Shown: piece after piece, positions 58,935 through 64,000 of the stretch | How the letters are laid out: every line of letters starts with the position of its first letter | Position numbering within the stretch: the stretch's first letter is position 1 | Assembly: GCA_023262965.1 (NCBI GenBank) | Contig: JALQXX010000003.1 | Span: forward strand, 3,996 to 67,995 | Reading direction: 5' to 3' | Length of the DNA stretch: 64,000 nt | Origin: Candidatus Marinamargulisbacteria bacterium | GTDB taxonomy: Bacteria > Margulisbacteria > Marinamargulisbacteria > UBA817 | The notes under the pieces: generated by a model | What the model saw: the letters and a program-made list of their open reading frames with translations, nothing else | What the model was told of the DNA's origin: nothing | The model's database searches: none | Made by a program: the position numbers and the translations under genes

Positions 58935-60234
58935 AAATAGTGGGGGAGGATAGCCCCTTTGTAGCGTTTCGCGTGTCCACAATAATGGACGCGTTTTTGA
59001 CAATCTCAGAAATACGATAGTAATGGTGATTGGTGACAATACACACCGCATCATAATTCGACCAAACAAGCGTATCCATGGGAATGGACTGGTAGGATGT
59101 ATCCCATTCCAAACAGGGAATATAATCATCGTTATAAGCCAACAACGCACCCAAATTGGCCAGCTCAGTCATAATGTCGTGGGCCGGCGATTCACGACCG
59201 TCATTGATGTTTGGCTTGTAGGCTACCCCTAGTATCAAAATACGAGATCCATTCAGGGATTTCTTTACCGAATTTAATGCATGGGCAATGCGCTGCACTA
59301 CATGATGGGGCATGCTGGTGTTGATTTGCTCGGCCAATCCAATAAAACGGGCGCTGTAATTTAAGGACTTCATTTTCCACGATAAGTAGCTGGGATCAAC
59401 GGGAATGCAATGCCCCCCCAGTCCCGGTCCGGGGTAAAATGGCATAAACCCAAAGGGCTTTGTAGTCGCTGCATCAATTACTTCCCAGATATCAATCCCA
59501 AGCTTGTGGGCCATTAGGGCCATTTCATTGGCCATAGCAATATTAATTGACCGAAACGTGTTCTCATACAATTTGGTGAGCTCTGCTGTGCGGGCAGACG
59601 ATACCGGCACGGTGGTATCAACCGCATGGTGGTAGGTATTGCAGGCCAATTCGGTGCAATGAGGGGTAATGCCACCCACAATTTTGGGGGTGTTTCGGAT
59701 TGTGTACCGGGTGTTGCCCGGGTCCACGCGTTCGGGTGAAAAGGCTAAAAAAATGGTATTGCCAATCACAAATCCTTTTTTTTCAATAATGGGCTGGATG
59801 AGTTCATCGGTGGTGCCGGGATACGTTGTGCTTTCTAAAATAATCAACTGGCCGTTTCGCAAATGGTCCGCTAATCCGTTAATCGCGGATAGTATAAACC
59901 GCATATCCGGGTCTTTGGTTTTTTGAAGGGGGGTAGGCACACAGATACTGATAACGTCTACATTCGATAACGCAGCGACATCGGTGGTAACCTGAAAACG
60001 GGAGGTTGCCAAACAGGTTTGAATACGATCATTGGTAATATCGTGAATGTACGACACCCCCTTTGATAATGACGCAATTTTTGATTCCGACACATCCACG
60101 CCAATAACAGACACCCCGCCCTCAACAAATTCACAGGCCAAAGGAAGGCCTACGTATCCCAAACCAACAATACCTACGGTAAAGTTATTGGATAAAATTT
60201 TTTGATTTAGGGTATTAAATAGGCTTGCGGTCAT
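58924..60234 (-). CDS. UDP-sugar 6-dehydrogenase (UDP-glucose/GDP-mannose dehydrogenase family; WbpA/TviB/WecC-like)
   Basis: N-terminal Rossmann motif IVGLGYVGLPLA and the catalytic Cys region; 436 aa. Confidence 0.85.
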   Translation of the reverse strand: MTASLFNTLNQKILSNNFTVGIVGLGYVGLPLACEFVEGGVSVIGVDVSESKIASLSKGVSYIHDITNDRIQTCLATSRFQVTTDVAALSNVDVISICVPTPLQKTKDPDMRFILSAINGLADHLRNGQLIILESTTYPGTTDELIQPIIEKKGFVIGNTIFLAFSPERVDPGNTRYTIRNTPKIVGGITPHCTELACNTYHHAVDTTVPVSSARTAELTKLYENTFRSINIAMANEMALMAHKLGIDIWEVIDAATTKPFGFMPFYPGPGLGGHCIPVDPSYLSWKMKSLNYSARFIGLAEQINTSMPHHVVQRIAHALNSVKKSLNGSRILILGVAYKPNINDGRESPAHDIMTELANLGALLAYNDDYIPCLEWDTSYQSIPMDTLVWSNYDAVCIVTNHHYYRISEIVKNASIIVDTRNATKGLSSPTIFKL

Positions 60235-60314
60235 GACTTGATCGTTATTATAGGGGATGGCAGGTCATTTGAATATGACTTTTTTGGATTATTCGGTATA
60301 CTGGAAGGGCTTGT

Positions 60315-60842
60315 ATGATTGAAAAAACACTATCATCACATGTTGTGTATCAAGGTCCGGTGTTTACCGTTCGGCAGGACGTGGTTGCGGGACGTAGTGG
60401 ATCCGCTATTCGGGATATTGTTGTTCATGCGCCTGCGGTAACGGTCTTGCCCGTCGCCTCCCGAGACGCTATTTATATGATTCATCAATACCGAAAAGCT
60501 GTAGAATCGGTATTAATTGAGGCCCCAGCGGGGTGTATTGAACCGAATGAATCCCCCTTGGATGCGGCCCACCGGGAGCTGAAGGAAGAAACGGGCATTG
60601 TGGCCAAACAGATGATTCCTGTGGGGGAAATGTATATGGCTCCGGGATTTTGCAATGAGTACATGACCATTTTTTTGGCAATGGATTTGACCATGGGGGC
60701 CGCCGAGCACGAGCCGGATGAATCCATGACCCTGCATCGGTATACCTGGGATGATCTTATGAATAAGGTGGCCGAGGGGCAGATTAAGGATGCCAAAACC
60801 ATCCTGGCTCTGCAGTACCTACGACCGTATATAGGGGGATGA
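60315..60842 (+). CDS. NUDIX hydrolase
   Basis: Nudix box LDAAHRELKEETGIVA (GX5EX7REUXEEXGU). Confidence 0.75.
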   Translation: MIEKTLSSHVVYQGPVFTVRQDVVAGRSGSAIRDIVVHAPAVTVLPVASRDAIYMIHQYRKAVESVLIEAPAGCIEPNESPLDAAHRELKEETGIVAKQMIPVGEMYMAPGFCNEYMTIFLAMDLTMGAAEHEPDESMTLHRYTWDDLMNKVAEGQIKDAKTILALQYLRPYIGG

Positions 60843-61678
60843 CCTTTCGCAGGTTTTTGACGTCGTCTTGCCATTTGGCGCGATTAACGGTGGACGCGTA
60901 TTGCAGTGATATTCGGCATTTTCAAACCGTTGTCGGGCATACCAACCTACCGACTCGGGATGCGATTATTCACTTTATGACCACGTTGCATCATAACGGT
61001 TTTACAACCGCATCGACGCGACGCAAATTATCGGCAGTCAAATTGTACTGCCACTATCGTGCCACCCAGTCCCAGCAACCCATGCCGGAATGGGACCGAT
61101 TGTTCACCCCAAGACGCGCGTTACAGTTGCCGCGGTTAATGACCACAGATGCCTTGCAAAATGCATTGGACTATACCTTTCCAAATCACCCCAAAGCCGC
61201 CCGAAATCGATTGATTGTTGGGCTGTTATTCTATGCGGGATGCCGGGTATCTGAGGTGGTGCATTTGCGCGTCCAACAAGGATCGGATGATTATGTGACA
61301 ATTGATGGTAAGGGGCAGCGGCAACGCATGGTACCCCTTGCGGCGCCGTTGCAGCAGCGTTTTAGGGATTACGAGGCTAGCAGAACCCGTGGTACCAGCC
61401 CATGGATGTTTCCGTCCGGGTCCGGGGCTCGCCCCATATCGCGTCAAACGGTCACGCATATGATTCAGCATCTGACCAAAGCATGTGGGATTCAGGAACG
61501 CATCACACCGCACATGTTCCGGCATATGTTTGCCACCAATTTGATGGAAAAAGGGTTGGATATACGGGATATTCAATGGCTTTTGGGCCATGCATCGATT
61601 CAAACGACACAAATGTACACCCATTTGGACACACGGGCATTAAAACGTACCTTTAATCGGTATCATCCGCTATCATAA
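60839..61678 (+). CDS. xerD: Tyrosine site-specific recombinase (XerC/XerD-like)
   Basis: C-terminal catalytic HMFRHMFATNLMEKGLDIRDIQWLLGHASIQTTQMYTHL (H-x-x-R ... Y); 279 aa. Confidence 0.8.
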   Translation: MTFRRFLTSSCHLARLTVDAYCSDIRHFQTVVGHTNLPTRDAIIHFMTTLHHNGFTTASTRRKLSAVKLYCHYRATQSQQPMPEWDRLFTPRRALQLPRLMTTDALQNALDYTFPNHPKAARNRLIVGLLFYAGCRVSEVVHLRVQQGSDDYVTIDGKGQRQRMVPLAAPLQQRFRDYEASRTRGTSPWMFPSGSGARPISRQTVTHMIQHLTKACGIQERITPHMFRHMFATNLMEKGLDIRDIQWLLGHASIQTTQMYTHLDTRALKRTFNRYHPLS

Positions 61679-61683
61679 TAGGT

Positions 61684-62367
61684 ATGACATGGCAGCAACA
61701 ATGGCGGAACTATACATGGGTACAATGGGGTATTGTTGGGGTTTTGGTGTATTTTTTTGGTGTGATGGCTCCCCAATTAACGGGGCAGTTGGTGATTTTA
61801 ATCGGGTCGGTGGTGATTCATGAGATGGCACATGGGTACATGGCGACTTGGTGTGGGGACCCAACACCGGGGCAGTATGGGCGACTGACCCCAAACCCCA
61901 TTGCGCATATGGATCTTTTGGGCAGTGTACTGTTGCCAGTGATTCTCACCATGAGTGGCAGTCCATTTTTATTTGGCTGGGCAAAACCGGTTCCCGTGGC
62001 CTACCATCGCTTACAGGATCCCCCTAATGATGCGGTGAAAGTGGCGTTGGCGGGCCCATTATCCAACCTAATGATTGCCGGGCTATTGAGTGGGCTGGGG
62101 CGCTACGGTTTGTGGGATACGATGCTGGGGCCATGGCTTCAATATGGCATTATCATCAACACAATACTCGCCGTATTCAACATGATTCCCATACCCCCGA
62201 TGGACGGATCCCGCGTGTTGTATCGGGTATTGCCGGCCGAAGGGCGTCGGATGATGGATGCGATTGAGCCGTATGGCATGTGGATTATTGTGGGCATTGC
62301 CATTCTGAACGGGTTTGATCCCATTTTACGCTATATTGGGCGCCCGATTATTCGGTTTTTTTTATGA
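61684..62367 (+). CDS. Site-2 protease-family (M50) membrane zinc metalloprotease
   Basis: HExxH in a TM helix (VVIHEMAHGY) plus downstream polytopic TM segments; 227 aa. Confidence 0.7.
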   Translation: MTWQQQWRNYTWVQWGIVGVLVYFFGVMAPQLTGQLVILIGSVVIHEMAHGYMATWCGDPTPGQYGRLTPNPIAHMDLLGSVLLPVILTMSGSPFLFGWAKPVPVAYHRLQDPPNDAVKVALAGPLSNLMIAGLLSGLGRYGLWDTMLGPWLQYGIIINTILAVFNMIPIPPMDGSRVLYRVLPAEGRRMMDAIEPYGMWIIVGIAILNGFDPILRYIGRPIIRFFL

Positions 62368-62822
62368 AGTTTTTTTTGGATGCGTATAATATCATTGGGG
62401 AATTGCATGATATTCAATTGGGTGATTCGCGTAATGTGACGCAATTTGTGCATTGGTTAGAGCGAAATCGGTGTCAAAACGATCATTTTACAGCTGTATT
62501 TGATGGTCAGATTGATGTGGGGTTTCCGCGCTCGGAAAAGCGGCCTGGTTTGACCATTGTCCATACACCTGGCAATCAAACGGCGGATACGTATATTAAA
62601 AACGCCTTATCCAAAAAAACCGATACATCAGCGATTACCGTTGTGACATCCGATCGTGACATTCTGAATTTTGCCAAAAAAATACGGGTAAAAACGTGGT
62701 CCTCGCGATTGTTTATTCAGTATATCAATGCGGCGCCATCCACCGACATGTCGCGTAAACAATCCCCGCCAATAACCACGGCGCATGTGGCCTTTTGGCT
62801 GAAGGAATTTGGTGGGCAATAA
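62364..62822 (+). CDS. NYN/YacP-like predicted RNase domain protein
   Basis: MKFFLDAYNIIG...VVTSDRDI follows the NYN (PIN-like) pattern; 152 aa. Confidence 0.6.
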   Translation: MKFFLDAYNIIGELHDIQLGDSRNVTQFVHWLERNRCQNDHFTAVFDGQIDVGFPRSEKRPGLTIVHTPGNQTADTYIKNALSKKTDTSAITVVTSDRDILNFAKKIRVKTWSSRLFIQYINAAPSTDMSRKQSPPITTAHVAFWLKEFGGQ

Positions 62823-62837
62823 TCCAATGATCGATGA

Positions 62838-64000
62838 TCAGGGGCGTTTTTTGGAATTCGTTGCGGATCGGTTTTTTCGTGATCCGTGCTTGATGTAGAT
62901 GCGTTGGGCTTCGTCTGTAAAGCCGGCGGTTTTTCGAATAGCATATAAGCGTGAACTGGCGTTCTTTCGGGCTATTTTTTCATCCACAAGGGGCTTGGCA
63001 TGACCATAATACCAGGGTTCATGAATGCCACTATTGGGTACGGAGGCCAGCTCGGGTAGCCAACGGCGGATAAAGGTGCCGTCCGGGTCCTGGTCATACC
63101 CTTGCTTGATGGGATTATAAATGCGAATGGTATTGATGCCCGTACGGCCGGCCTGCATTTGACACTGACTGTAGTGAATACCAGGCTCGTAATCGGTAAA
63201 TAGGCGCGCTAAGTGGTGCGCACACTGTGTCCAGGCCAATTGCAAATGATGCACCCCCACACTCACCATCATGGCGCGCATGCGAAAATTGAGCCAACCA
63301 TGGTGAATCAAAAATCGCATGCACGCATCCACAAATGGAAATCCCGTACATCCTGTTGCCCATGCCGCAAACCAATCGGGGTCGTGCTCCATGTCATCCA
63401 AATGGCGGTAGGCCGAATGCAACGATTGATATTCAATGCGGGGATCATCTTCGTATTTTTGAATGAAGTGACAGTGCCATTGTAACCGACTCATAAAGGC
63501 TCGAATGGATCGTTTGTGGGCGGTGATTGCGGGTGATGGCGGCGCATTGTTTAGGGTATGCACCTGCAGTAGGGTCCGTTGATACACCTGGCGAAGGGAC
63601 AGGGTGCCGATGGCCAAATACGGGGATAATCGCGAACACGCGGTTTCACCGGTGATGGGTGAGGACATATCGGTTGAATAGGATTGGCTACGGGTGCCCA
63701 GAAATGATTCCAGATATTGCATGGCTATGGCGTGTCCAGCTGGCTGCATGGCTTGTATGCGGGTTTGAGCTGTTTGAATGGTTGGGGGTGGGGTATGATC
63801 GGTAATGAGTAGGCCTTGGGGATGTGGGGGAATGATGGTTGGAGCGGGTGGTTGCGTCATGTAATCCTGCCAGGCCCTGGCCCAACCATCCCGATTTCGT
63901 AGCCGGCGAATCACGCCGTTTTGAGGAGGTTGGTGCCAGGTTATGCCATGAATCGATGCCCATAGCGCGATTTCATTATCGCGACGGTATGTCCATAAAT
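62838..64000 (-). CDS. Photolyase/cryptochrome-family protein (FAD-binding domain); N-terminus lies beyond the window end
   Basis: FAD-binding domain motifs TGFPFVDACMRFL...GWLNFRMRAMMVS...NPIKQGYDQDPDGTFIRRWLPEL. The reading frame stays open upstream of the listed Met through to position 64000. Confidence 0.75.
   Translation of the reverse strand, partial: LWTYRRDNEIALWASIHGITWHQPPQNGVIRRLRNRDGWARAWQDYMTQPPAPTIIPPHPQGLLITDHTPPPTIQTAQTRIQAMQPAGHAIAMQYLESFLGTRSQSYSTDMSSPITGETACSRLSPYLAIGTLSLRQVYQRTLLQVHTLNNAPPSPAITAHKRSIRAFMSRLQWHCHFIQKYEDDPRIEYQSLHSAYRHLDDMEHDPDWFAAWATGCTGFPFVDACMRFLIHHGWLNFRMRAMMVSVGVHHLQLAWTQCAHHLARLFTDYEPGIHYSQCQMQAGRTGINTIRIYNPIKQGYDQDPDGTFIRRWLPELASVPNSGIHEPWYYGHAKPLVDEKIARKNASSRLYAIRKTAGFTDEAQRIYIKHGSRKNRSATNSKKRP

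Noticed and set aside
1-64000. tRNA, rRNA or other RNA genes in the intergenic gaps.
   Set aside because: I scanned the few gaps longer than 80 nt (around 12929-13390, 19486-19687, 29276-29369, 29703-29790, 57116-57205, 58190-58277 and 60235-60314) for T-loop GTTCRANYC-type signatures and cloverleaf symmetry. None was found. This cannot be exhaustive without tRNAscan or Infernal.

Overview
This 64-kb window is a gene-dense bacterial chromosomal segment of moderate GC, apparently from a Gram-negative-type organism (lpxC, flgH and flgI are present). I recognised no rRNA, tRNA or CRISPR. It contains four blocks.

1. A conserved housekeeping block: aspartokinase 3' end, rpsB-tsf, a dGTPase-like HD hydrolase, trxA, crcB-ribE-nusB-accC, leuS, rpsO-pnp, an M16 peptidase, a lone class I RNR beta subunit, lpxC, an arsR-family gene, serS-pheA-glyA, trpS and a WecA/MraY-type transferase.

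2. A bioenergetic island: an atypical 9-gene Mrp-like cluster ordered E-F-G-B'-C-D-D-small ORF-A(NuoL-like); a solo InsA-like zinc-ribbon/HTH ORF; tatA; caa3-type cytochrome c oxidase (ctaCDEF) with SCO1; a complete Alternative Complex III (actABCDEF plus a candidate small subunit); a membrane H+-pyrophosphatase; and heme O synthase ctaB.

3. A flagellar basal-body cluster: fliK-like, flhB C-terminal-domain protein, an atypical flgF-like protein, flgG, flgA, flgH, flgI, a rod-binding protein, fliA, flgB, flgC, fliE, fliF and a truncated fliG. It carries several unusual features. A 124-bp nested palindrome and a 4.5x45-bp tandem array of hairpin-bearing repeats are inserted between flgB and flgC. 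Three rod-family proteins have hydrophobic signal-peptide-like N-terminal extensions, and FlgB also has a 6-aa tandem repeat. FliG appears to stop after its N/middle domains. No flagellin, motor or export ATPase genes are present in the window.

4. A nucleotide-sugar cluster (DegT aminotransferase, GalE-family epimerase, PglC-like transferase, UDP-sugar dehydrogenase), then a Nudix hydrolase, xerD-like recombinase, an M50 protease, a NYN-domain protein and a photolyase/cryptochrome gene running off the window end.

All functional calls rest on motif-level reading of the translated ORFs, not on database searches.
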